This document shows positions 12,816 to 24,029 of a stretch of DNA of 34,688 nt, piece by piece. A program made the translations under genes and the position numbers. The number at the start of each line of letters is the position of its first letter. Position 1 is the stretch's first letter. Origin of the DNA: Tubiluchus corallicola (Eukaryota; Animalia; Priapulida). The notes beneath the pieces are model-generated. The model was not told the DNA's origin, did no database searches, and saw nothing but the letters and a program-made list of their open reading frames with translations. The stretch spans positions 1-34,688 of the forward strand of contig JAQGDQ010001561.1 of NCBI GenBank assembly GCA_030141605.1, read 5' to 3'.

Positions 12816-13271
12816 TATATTTAATAGATATACGATGATATACGATGAAAACAACGCCATAAGCAAAAACTTGGTCGTTTTAATGAGAAGCCACCCTCTT
12901 CATTTTGAAAAATGTACCCATATTCAAGTTGCTCGGGTAGCTTCTGCTAAACTTCTAGGTCATTAGATCTGCTAGTCTTCTGAAAGACCATTAGTTTGTC
13001 ACCATTAATCTCTCATAATCAAGCCATTTTTCACATTAATCGTCTTCTGTCTTTTCAACTCGTTGACCATAGTCATCTTTTCCTGTCATATTCACAATAA
13101 TTAATTTTAATCGGGAACAGGAGATTCGTTCGGTGTAAAGGGATTTGGGGAAAATACGGCGAATCTCGCTGATGTACCATCTGGCTTAAATTATTAACTG
13201 AAAAACTGAAAAGGAACTTGGAATGGTTAATAAATTCATTTATCCAAACAGCTTGTTGTGTTCCCACTGGT

Positions 13272-13660
13272 GCGGGATGCCCACACTGTATCTCGACGCT
13301 AGGCGGAGGAGCTGTACAAGCAGACAACGGCTAGAGGGCGGAGGAGGTCAAGTGACCCAACGGCCATGTGTAGAGGAGTAAACCTTCCAAATCAGGATTG
13401 GAGCCCCGAAGGCGGACCAGTGCAGCATGCTCACTGACTCTGGCAGCTCCTGCAGCCAACCTGGTACCAAACGCATCGCTCTGCTTTCCTTTGGATTACG
13501 CCAGGGAGGAAGAGAGGGGGTTCCTGTGATCTGGGCAACTCAGGATCTCCATACACCTTGCCCAGGCGTGCGCCCTGGAGACGTTCAAGGATCGGACTCT
13601 CTTGGCGCACATTCCATTGTCTTCCGAGACAGAAGGATGCCAACAACAACAACAACAACA
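13272..13660 (+). mobile_element. Headless bipartite RTE-derived non-autonomous retroelement with an (AAC)n tail
   Basis: Collinear with the reverse complement of 12284-12696. It ends GGATGCC(AAC)n. A 12-bp TSD with one mismatch flanks it: GTTCCCACTGGT (13260-13271) and GTTCCTACTGGT (13661-13672). Confidence 0.9.
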
Positions 13661-14456
13661 GTTCCTACTGGTTGGTGTGACGTTTTAGCATACTCAGTTG
13701 AGTCAACTCTGTGTTGCAGGACCTTCTACGAATCTATATAGTTGTATTGGGACCAGCATCTATCCAATTATTCTTCTCAGATGAAACAGTGTACGGGCTA
13801 AGACGTTTTTAGCCACATTCAGATGCTTATACATCTTTTGCTGAGGTAACTACTCAGAGACATTTTGGCAGCTGGCATTGATCATCTGAACCATTTCTTC
13901 TGCTGGTCCTCCATCCTTTTACTGCCAAAGTTCAACATTGCTTGAGTTTCTGAGCTCTTACCTGTTCCTCTAACCCATGTTGGTTACTGGTGGCAGGATT
14001 CCCGAATGGCATAGCCTGTGATGGCCTGGGCTCAATACTCAGCTCTTTTGTTATTTTACCACATAGTGGGAAAACATATTTACATCCAAATATGGGGATA
14101 CCCTGGCTCATATTAGGAGGACGTCCTTGGTAATGACCCAGGCTCTAGTCTGTCGTTACAATAATCGCCGAAATTGACTCGTTAGGAGGTACTAGATGCT
14201 GGATTCTTGGCTTGGAGTGTATTTTATTGTGGAGAATCGTATTAAAAAGTATCCATTAATGATTTTAATGAAGTGTTTTAAATGATTGCAATGAAAACGT
14301 AACATTTGCTAGACATCTAAACTCAACCACGATGTTGTCTGCCTATATAAATATTCCTTGTACTTCATGTTACCCAAATTGGGTAAGTGTGGAAGAGAGT
14401 CATTCTAACCCCTCAATTCCAAGAGCTGCTTTGGTATCTAAGTACGTCTTCCGCAT

Positions 14457-15110
14457 TCTCTGTTATTAGCTCAACTTTTGCCACTGTTTCCTCTTTAGGA
14501 GTTGACTTGATTGTTTCTGAGTGAGTTTGATTGCTTCTATCTCTGTTATTGGTACCAGTTTGTGTTTTTTCCTGTCTTTGGAGTCTAGTTCATTGTGGTT
14601 CCAGTTTCGGCACTCTTTCCTCTTTTTTGGAGTCGACTTGATTGTCTTCTGGATGATTTTGGTTGCTTCTATCTCTGTTATTGGTACCAGTTTGTGTTTT
14701 TCCTCTTTTTGGAGTCTAGTTGGTTGTGGTTCCAATTTCGGCACTCTTTCCTCTTTTTTGCAGTCGGCTTTGTTGTCTTCTGAGTCAGTGCGATTACTTT
14801 TATCTCTGTTATTGGTTCTAGTTTTACACATCAGTCTATGGTACTTATCTTTCTACATATGGTATTAGGAGAGCCATGAACACATTACAAGTTCTGAGTG
14901 AGTGCGATTACTTTTATCGCTGTTATTGGTTCCAGTTTTGGCGTTCATCCCTCTTTTTGGTGTCGACTTGGTTGTCCTCTGGGTAAGTGTGGTTGCTTCT
15001 ATCTCTGTTATTAGTTCCAGTTTCGGCACTCTTTCTTCTTTTTTTGGGAGTCACTTTGGTTGTCTTCTGGGTAAGCATGATTGCTTCTGTCTCTTATTGG
15101 GTCCAGTTCT
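14457..15110. repeat. Old degenerate tandem repeat (sub-units of about 50 and 80 bp)
   Basis: Recurrent TCTCTGTTATTGGTWCCAGTTT, TTTCGGCACTCTTTC, CTCTTTTTGGAGTC and TTGCTTCTATC motifs at irregular 80-130 bp spacing. Confidence 0.8.
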
Positions 15111-15587
15111 ACATGTCGAGTTAGGATTGTTATGTTTTTACATTCAATGTTCGGTGACCTGTGAACACAAGCATCAAGTTATCTTCACAAACTGCATCAT
15201 CATCTGTTGATCTGAAATGATCCGGAGATAAACATACGGAGGTAAATGAGCAGCAGTTGCAAGCAGACTTCCTTGGAGGAATTTGACTTAAGCTGATCAG
15301 TCCGATAAACCTCAAAGTCTGCTAGGAGTCTGGCCAGAAGATGCTGGAAAATCTCACTCATTTCCCTTGATGCTGCTTTTGTGCGGAACTCATTGCGGTT
15401 TACGGGAGATACTTTTTCTGGCTTCTTCAACATGATAGTTTCCCAACATACATCTCGCATCACTGAAGGAGCTTCCTACATACCGTTTGCACTGAATGCG
15501 TAGCAATAATCCATAAAGAGACGGGTAAAAGTATAGAAAAGTATGGAAAGGGCAAGAGTTCTGTGAACTAAGGCTTTTTTCAGTATA

Positions 15588-16055
15588 CAGTCAACTTCGG
15601 GTATAAGGTACTCGCTTATGAGGGAGCACCAACACCAGTCCCAATTTTTCATAACGTTTTTCCTCATAAAAATCTTTGTATATAAGCGACTTTCGGTTAT
15701 AATGGACGACATCTTCACGTACCGCATAATAGAAACCCAGGTAAATTACCTCGCATATAAGGGACCCTATGATCAAAGCGAAATTGATCGATTTTTAACC
15801 TCAATTTTTCCCAAACTCGGCCTTCGAACAGCTCGGTTTCCACGGTCACATACATCTCGCATCACTGAAGGAGCTTCCTACATACCGTTTGTACTGAATG
15901 TGTAGCAATAATCCATAAAAATATGGGTAAAAGTACAGAAAAGTACAGGTCTAGATACACCCTCGGTCTGACTCAACTTCGGCTATAAGGGACATCGGAT
16001 ATAAGGGACGGTTTTTTCCTAATCCCAAGGTGTCCCTTATATCCGAGGTTGACCG
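15588..16055. mobile_element. Tc1/mariner (pogo/Tigger-like) MITE
   Basis: The left end is TA|CAGTCAACTTCGGGTATAAGG and the right end is CCTTATATCCGAGGTTGACCG. Subterminal CGGATATAAGGGAC/GTCCCTTATATCCG form a palindrome. The right TA is not preserved. Confidence 0.7.
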
Positions 16056-17152
16056 CGTGTGAAAAATGTTAGATATGTCAGTTGTATAAGTTTTGCAGCC
16101 TTCAAGGAATAATAATAGACTTAGTTTTTAGTGGAAATTTTTGATGGATGATTAGACAATGAAATTTTCAGTGAAACAACAGAAGTCAGTCACGTACACG
16201 TGGGCTCTGTTCTACCTGATTGTTTTATCTATCTAGACTGTTTTATACACTTGATTTTAATTTGCCTCTCATTCCCAAGTGGAAATACTAAATTGTTTGA
16301 GTCTTTTTTTGTGAAAAGAACGTAAGTGTTGCTAATATAGTAACATAGAGAAATGCGATCCTCGTAGAATGGTGCTCGTCTAGCCTCTTCTACTGAAAAG
16401 TTCTTATTATTGGCAATTATAAGTTCTGTAGATAAACGTGCTCATTAACTCAATCATCATTACTCAAAACGCAGTTTTCAAAAGGTTGCCAGTTGTATAA
16501 GTTTGCTGCCTTCTAGGAGTAATGATGGTGCCGAATAGCAGAATTACTTTTTAGTCGAAATTTTTCTTGCTGCTCTTTGCCAGAACGAATTTATTGCTTG
16601 TAGAACTTAAAGAAATAGAGTTAAACCGAAGGGTGTTTTCGTGAGAACTTTTTAAAACTATTCCTGCTTTGTTTGTTTTTTTATGATAAATGATCTGTTT
16701 CGTATTGGAATGACATAAATGATGAATTAAAAACTGTTCAGCCAATTCAATAATTTAAAAAGAAATACAGAGCAATGATTCTCAACAAGTACAACACTTC
16801 CTAATTTCCCACACCTACTGCAGCAGTCGTACCATAATCCTAGTACAGATTATGCAAAACAAGGCATCATTGATGAATCTTTAGAGCTGATGTCAACATA
16901 GCGCAATCTATTATCTTTCTTCCTACCATTTCCACTAACACATCCTTCTGCCCTTCCTGTGTGATCTAGCCAGTTCTTTTTTTTGTTCACTCATCCATTC
17001 TTTTTTTATCGAGTTCACATAACAGTGGGCTTATACAAGCCTTTGCTTCTCTATCCCACTGCAGTACAATTATTCTTTTATAATAACGATAGTGTATGAA
17101 ACATAATAATTTAATACAGTAGATGTAATAATTTTGATGTCACTGTGTGCTT

Positions 17153-17520
17153 TACGTTTCTGTAAACAGACTAGTGAAGTGCAGGCGGTAGCAAGCATTT
17201 AAAGGGAAAGTCAACCCTTCTAGGAGGTTAAGCTTATTTCAATGTTCACGAAAAATGTTAGAAGGATTTAGTAATAAAATTGTAATAAGTGTCTCGTGTA
17301 ATTAGTAAAATCACTTTAAAGTCGCGATCACTTCCTGCTTGGGGGCTCCCATTTTACACGCCCATTATTCTTCCAGTGACGTCATTCGTGCTGAAGAAAA
17401 GTAGGGCGCTGTCAATCTTCACCAAATGTATAATAAGTTTTTACAAAAAAGTTAGATAGCTAATTTTGTAATATTTTCGCGTGAACATTAGGTAAGTTGC
17501 AGAAGTTTGTATTAGTATAA
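17153..17520 (+). repeat. Dispersed repeat (second copy 26260-26602) containing a TTAA|AGG Kolobok-like end
   Basis: Collinear with 26260-26602: TTTCTGTAAACAGA.TAGTGAAGTGCAGGCGGTAG..CAAGCATTTAAAGGGAAAGTCAA.CCTTCTAGGAGGTTAAGCTTATTTCAA...TGACGTCATTCGT.CTGAAGAAAAGTAG. Confidence 0.85.
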
Positions 17521-18207
17521 GCAGCGCGTGCTTACGGAAAGCCACGACGCGCTTACGGAAAGTCACGACGCGCTTACGGAAAGTCACGACGCGCTTACGG
17601 AAAGCCACGACGCGCTTACGGAAAGCCACGACGCGCTTACGGAAAGTCACGACGCGCTTACGGAAAGTCACGACGCGCTGACGGAAAGCCACGACGCGCT
17701 TACGGAAAGTCACGACGCGCTTACGGAAAGCCACGACGCGCTTACGGAAAGTCACGACGCGCTTACGGAAAGCCACGACGCGCTTACGGAAAGCCACGAC
17801 GCGCTTACGGAAAGTCACGAAGTCTCCCAGTTACGTCATGATTTTGAAGTGAATGGCGGCAACCACCACGCCTGGTTCCTAAGTTTAAGTGATAACGGTA
17901 AAATAAACCCAACATACTGTGTGACTTGTTCTTTCCTTTAGCACACCACAAACAGTTTAAGTGATAACAGTAAAATAAACCCAACATACTGCGTGACTTG
18001 TTCTTTCCTTTAGCACACCACAAACAGTTTAAGTGATAACGGTAAAATAAACCCAACATACTGAGTGACTTGTTCTTTCCTTTAAGCACACCACAAACAG
18101 TTTAAGTGATAACGGTAAAATAAACCCAACATACTGAGTGACTTGTTCTTTCCTTTAGCACACCACAAACAGTTTAACCCAACATACTGAGTGATTTGTT
18201 CTTTCCT
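17203..18207. mobile_element. Possible Kolobok-like non-autonomous element containing the 21-bp and 72-bp arrays
   Basis: TTAA|AGGGAAAGTCAA on the left and TTGTTCTTTCCT|TTAA on the right. A TTAA TSD with RR...YY termini is the Kolobok pattern, but the TIR match is short and imperfect. Confidence 0.4.
17530..17820. repeat. 21-bp CpG-rich minisatellite, about 14 copies
   Basis: Unit GCTTACGGAAAGYCACGACGC. Confidence 0.98.
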
Positions 18208-18210
18208 TTA
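17882..18210. repeat. 72-bp tandem repeat, about 4.5 copies (same unit at 29917-30225)
   Basis: Unit AAACAGTTTAAGTGATAACGGTAAAATAAACCCAACATACTGAGTGACTTGTTCTTTCCTTTAGCACACCAC. Period checked at 17950/18022. Confidence 0.95.
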
Positions 18211-18529
18211 AGCGCTGTTCACAACTATTTTCAACTTCAGGCTTTTTACTTTAGCATATACTTTATTCACATCTGCTTTATTTTTTCCTTATTGTCTTCA
18301 AAGTGAATATTTCTCAGCAAAGGACAGTTTTGTGAACGAATAGATATTAGAATGTTTTTAAATGAATATGAGTTGTGTTTAAAGGTAGACTACGAGTTAT
18401 TAGTTCAAGAACAACTCTAGTAGATGGCGACACCACCGTTTTAAATGCTCTAACGTTCTAACTGGTTTGTTATTCACATCCTGCGGAAAGGAGGAAGCAT
18501 TGTCAGCTTGTGAAGTATTAAATATTTTT

Positions 18530-18600
18530 GCTATTTGAGCGGTAGTTCCAGCTACGATACAAGAATCCAAATGCCCGTGGTTCAAATCCTGGTTTAGTCA
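18530..18600 (+). other. Decayed tRNA-like (SINE-head-like) sequence
   Basis: A B-box-like GGTTCAAATCC (18579-18589) lies about 40 nt after an A-box-like TGAGCGGTAG. No intact cloverleaf was seen. Confidence 0.35.
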
Positions 18601-18833
18601 TAACGTTTTCCTCTTAGTCGGTTATTTTTGTTTCGGAATTTTCGCGACTGCAATGCTATTTCTTCTTCGGGAAAAATTGTGTTTTTTTATTTAAATGCAT
18701 TTTTCTTTAAAAAGCAACTTTTGGTGAAGTTCTGTCAGTTCTGTATGTTGGAATCATTCGGTCTTTGTGAAACTGAAACTATAGCTACGTTTTTGCATTT
18801 CAATCAAATTTAAAAGTGTAGGCCAAATTGTAT

Positions 18834-18854
18834 ATAATAATAATAATAATGACA

Positions 18855-18935
<81 letters not shown>
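18834..18935. repeat. (TAA)n microsatellite
   Basis: Read directly. Confidence 0.98.
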
Positions 18936-18936
<1 letters not shown>

Positions 18937-18986
18937 ACTCAATAATTTACACACCCGTACATCCGTATGTATATATATATGTATAT

Positions 18987-19232
18987 AATGTATACAAATA
19001 TATATAATGTTTATATTTTATATAATATATAGATATATATGTAGATGTGTACATCTATATGTATATATTGTGTATTATCTCCCGTGTGATAAATGTATAC
19101 AAATATAATGTAATGTAATATAATAATATAATGTATACAAATATATATAATGTATATATTTTATATAATATATAGATATATATGTAGATGTGTACATCTA
19201 TATGTATATATTATGTATTATCTCCCGTGTGA
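18987..19232. repeat. Local direct duplication of an AT-rich block of about 100 bp (offset about 143 bp)
   Basis: GTAGATGTGTACATCTATATGTATATATT.TGTATTATCTCCCGTGTGA occurs twice. Confidence 0.9.
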
Positions 19233-19532
19233 CAAATGTAAGAATTTTGGGTATTTTGCTATAGCATCAGCGCTTAGTAATTTCTCTTTAAACAGAATAG
19301 GTGTCTAAACAAATCCAAATTACTCGGCTGTACTGATTAGTGCTGCGACCCGTGGCAGCATTGGTAATCAGAGTAGAGTAAGATTCTCTAATGAGATATC
19401 ATTGATTGGTTGAAACAAAAAAATACCCGCGTTATGTGATTCAGCATATAAAATATTATATATATTATTTATTAAACAATATGACTAAAGTTTTCAAATT
19501 GTCAACCAAAAGAAATTAGTTCGCGAAGCGGA

Positions 19533-20073
19533 TTAGGGTTAGGATTAGGATTAGGGTTAAGGTTGGGATTAGGATTAGGATTAGGGTTAAGGTTGGGATT
19601 AGGATTAGGATTAGGGTTAAGGTTGGGATTGGGATTAGGATTAGGGTTATGGTTGGGATTTGGATTACGATTAGGGTTAGAGTTAGTTTTGTGGTTGAGG
19701 TTAGGTTAAGATTAGGATTAGGATTAGGCCTAGGGATAGGGTTAGGGTACTATTAGGGTTAAGATTAGAGCTAGTGTTAGGATTGGGTTAGGATTAGGGT
19801 TAGAGTTAGTTTTGTGGTTGAGGTTAGGTTAAGATTAGGGTTAGGATTAGGGTTAGGGCTAGGGATAGGGTTGGGAGTACTATTAGGGTTAAGATTAAAG
19901 CTAGTTTTAGGATTGGGTTAGGATTAGGGTTAGAGTTAGTTTGGTGGTTAGGGTTAGGATTAGGGTTAGGGTTATGGATAGGGTTAGGGTTGGGTTAAGA
20001 TAGGGCTAGGGTTAGGGTTGGGTTAAGATAGGGCTAGGGTTAGGGTTGGGTTAAGATAGGGCTAGGGTTAGGG
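19533..20073 (+). repeat. Degenerate interstitial telomere-like (TTAGGG/TTAGGA/TTGGG) array
   Basis: Many TTAGGG and variant units, re-amplified as longer 28-bp, 41-bp and about 125-bp blocks. Confidence 0.9.
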
Positions 20074-21197
20074 TATTTAAATGGGGAATTGTAAACTCCA
20101 TTCAAAAAATTAAAATTAAATTCATCGAACTTTTAGCGGTTTATTTCAAATTGAAGACAAAACGATCCGTATTCCGAAACCTTATTCCTAAGCACCCATC
20201 GAGACGGGCTTCTTCAAATGCCATGCTGAAGTTCCTTGTTAAGATTTTACTGATGGCTTCCTTAACTAGTTGCAAAACATGCAACTCGAAGAAGCCAGTT
20301 GATTTGCAGTGCGTATATTACGGATAAATTGGAGCATGTCTGTCTAAGAGCCTCTTTACCTGAAGCCAGTTTTATGCATGTAATGCCATTTGTTTGCCAT
20401 TCTATCTCATTCTTGCCCATTTGCAACGAGAATTCGGATTCCTGTTTCTGGTAATTTCGGTTCGGATTTGTCGGAATGAGGGGCAGCACGGTAAATGTAA
20501 TAGCGCAAGACGTGGGCGTTCCAAGACGAGGGTGGGTGGTTCGAGTGCAGATTTGTCCTATGTTTCTTCTTTTCTATTGTTTAGCACGTAAACGAAATGA
20601 TTCGTTTTTATGGCGGAAGAGTTTTTTCTCGCTAGAAGATTTGATTCGTTTGTGACGGTGGCAGACGTCGCTTCTTACGTCTGCCTAAGATGCGAAGGTT
20701 TTTTATGCACATAATGACCCTCGTAGTCTGGCAATAAAACTCGTTGAATTGGGTTAGCTCGGCTCGTTTTGAGCGTCTCGTTGTTGCCATTGTGCGTAAT
20801 GGCGGTGCCGAGTTTAGTGCCATCTATATTAGAGATTTGTTCAAATTGGAGAATTTTATTGATCGCTTCCTGTCTGCCTGCTGATTACATTGGCCGAGGA
20901 GGAAAGTGTTGGTTTGTTTTCTGCGCATGCGCGGCTTCAGATGCTTTTGTCGGGGATGGAACGACAGATTCGTCACTTTTCATACGCTGGAGATAAAAGA
21001 AATGTTGTCATCTGTGAATATTGCTTAAAATTAATTTAATTTAGTTATTTTTTTGCATTTTATTTAAGTACAAAATTATGAGTGCAAATGCATGCATTAT
21101 AATTAAATTCGAATCATTTTATTTGATTTTATTAAACCATTAAATTAAATTTTACAGGTAAGATTTACCCACTTTTTCTTGCCATTTTTGGATATTA

Positions 21198-23521
21198 CAA
21201 ATAATAATAATATAATATTACATATAAATAATACAAATGATAGTAAATAAGGTATACAAATAATACAAATGATAGTAAATAAGTGATACAAATAATACAA
21301 ATGATAGTAAATAAGGTATACAAATAATACAAATGATAGTAAATAAGTGATACAAATAATACAAATGATATTAAATAAGTGATACAAATAATAAAAAATG
21401 ATAGTAAATAAGTAATACAAATAATGCAAATGACAGTAAATAAGTGATACAAATAATACAAATGATAGTAAATAAGGTATACAAATAATACAAATGATAA
21501 TAAATAAGTGATACAAATAATACAAATGATAGTAAATAAGTGATACAAATAATACAAATGATATTAAATAAGTGATACAAATAATACAAATGATAATGAA
21601 TTAAGTGATACAAATAATACAAATGATAGTAAATAAGGTATACAAATAATACAAATGATAATAAATAAGTAATACAAATAATACAAATGATAATAAATAA
21701 GTAATACAAATAATACAAATGATAATAAATAAGTAATACAAATAATACAAATGATAATGAATTAAGTGATACAAATAATACAAATGATAATAAATAAGTG
21801 ATACAAATAATACAAATGATAATAAATAAGTAATACAAATAATACAAATGATAATTAAATAAGTGATACAAATAATACAAATGATATTAAATAAGTGATA
21901 CAAATAATACAAATGATATTAAATAAGTGATACAAATAATAAAAAATGATAGTAAATAAGTAATACAAATAATAAAAATGATAGTAAATAAGTAATACAA
22001 ATAATACAGATGATAGTAAATAAGTGATACAAATAATACAGATGATAGTAAATAAGTGATACAAATAATACAGATGATAGTAAATAAGTGATACAAATAA
22101 TACAGATGATAGTAAATAAGTAATACAAATAATACAAATGATAATAAATAAGTAATACAAATAATACAAATGATAATGAATTAAGTGATACAAATAATAC
22201 AAATGATAATAAATAAGTGATACAAATAATACAAATGATATTAAATAAGTGATACAAATAATAAAAAATGATAGTAAATAAGTGATACAAATAATAAAAA
22301 TGATAATAAATAAGTGATACAAATAATAAAAAATGATAGTAAATAAGTAATACAAATAATACAAATGATAATAAATAAGTAATACAAATAATACAAATGA
22401 TAATGAATTAAGTGATACAAATAATACAAATGATAATAAATAAGTGATACAAATAATACAAATGATATTAAATAAGTGATACAAATAATAAAAAATGATA
22501 GTAAATAAGTGATACAAATAATAAAAATGATAGTAAATAAGTGATACAAATAATACAGATGATAGTAAATAAGTGATACAAATAATACAGATGATAGTAA
22601 ATAAGTGATGCAAATAATACAATAACAACTGATAGTAACTACGTAATACAACTTATATAATTACAAATAATACAAATGATAATAAATAAGTAATACAAAT
22701 AATACAAATGATATAAATTTTTGTTTGTTTTTGTTAAATAAGTAATACAAATAATACAAATGATAATGAATTAAGTGATACAAATAATACAAATGATATA
22801 AATAAGTGATACAAATAATACAAATGATATTAAATAAGTGATACAAATAATAAAAATGATAGTAAATAAGTATACAAATAATAAAAATGATAGTAAATAA
22901 GTATACAAATAATAAATGATAGTAATAAGTGAAAATAATAAATGATATAAATAAGGATACAAATAATAATATAGTATAATGATACAAATAATACAATGAT
23001 AGTAAATAAGTATAATAATAAAATGATATAAATAAGATACAAATAATACAAATGATAATGAATTAAGTGATACAAATAATACAAATGATAATAAATAAGT
23101 GATACAAATAATACAAATGATATTAAATAAGTGATACAAATAATAAAAAATGATAGTAAATAAGTGATACAAATAATAAAAATGATAATAAATAAGTGAT
23201 ACAAATAATAAAAAATGATAGTAAATAAGTGATACAAATAATACAAATGATAATAAATAAGTGATACAAATAATACAAATGATAGTAAATAAGTGATACA
23301 AATAATAAAAAATGATAGTAAATAAGTGATACAAATAATAAAAATGATAATAAATAAGTGATACAAATAATACAGATGATAGTAAATAAGTGATACAAAT
23401 AATACAGATGATAGTAAATAAGTGATGCAAATAATACAATAACAACTGATAGTAACTACGTAATACAACTTATATAATTACAAATAATACAAATGATAAT
23501 AAATAAGTAATACAAATGGTA
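21198..23521. repeat. 32-bp AT-rich minisatellite array bracketed by perfect 29-bp direct repeats
   Basis: Unit AAATAAGTGATACAAATAATACAAATGATAGT. CCACTTTTTCTTGCCATTTTTGGATATTA lies at 21169-21197 and 23522-23550. Confidence 0.95.
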
Positions 23522-24029
23522 CCACTTTTTCTTGCCATTTTTGGATATTAATTTGGCTTCATTGGATATTTGGCTTCATTATTTTCTTTATCAGGACAAA
23601 TTTATCTTGTCTAATGAAATGATGTCGTCTGCGAAAATTGATCAAAATTCACATATTTTTATATGTTAGAATATAATGATTTTTTTCCATTTAAATTAAT
23701 TGCAAAATTCAGAAAATCATATAAATGAATACATTATGATGGTATATGATTTACTTTATTTCATACGTAATCGGAAATATTAAATTTCGCGGATAAAATT
23801 CTATCGATTTAATTATTTTTTCCCCGTATGTTAATTTTATTTGTTTGTTGTGTTTTTAATTAATGTTGTTGTTGATATAATTCGAATATAAAATGTTTTT
23901 TTATTTGATTCTGTTTTTAATTTAATTTAATTTTATTTTATTTCATTATACATTAGGTAATTTCTCTTTAATTTGTTTTATTTCATTACTTGTTTTGTTT
24001 TATAGTTAAAAATTGTCAAACTTATGAAA

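Noticed and set aside
13272-13400. Canonical HDV-like or hammerhead ribozyme at the RTE 5' end
   Set aside because: I could not place the nested double pseudoknot or the CUGANGA/GAAA cores by eye; only hairpins are evident.
16860-17110. Old LINE 3' UTR remnant (CTTATACAAGCCTTTGCTTC)
   Set aside because: Only a short resemblance, with no readable RT C-terminus or second copy.
17441-17941. LTESHDA and FRKRVV heptad ORFs
   Set aside because: A 21-bp unit open on both strands inside repeat sequence, with no supporting gene structure.
19533-20073. True chromosome end
   Set aside because: The tract is degenerate and has ordinary sequence on both sides.
22710-23040. Distinct sub-family of the 32-bp repeat
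   Set aside because: Dense single-base deletions and a stray T-rich insert look like low-quality consensus; this cannot be separated from biology without reads.
21145-23468. Many overlapping hydrophobic minus-strand ORFs
   Set aside because: The 32-bp unit is not a multiple of 3; these are stop-poor translations of the satellite.
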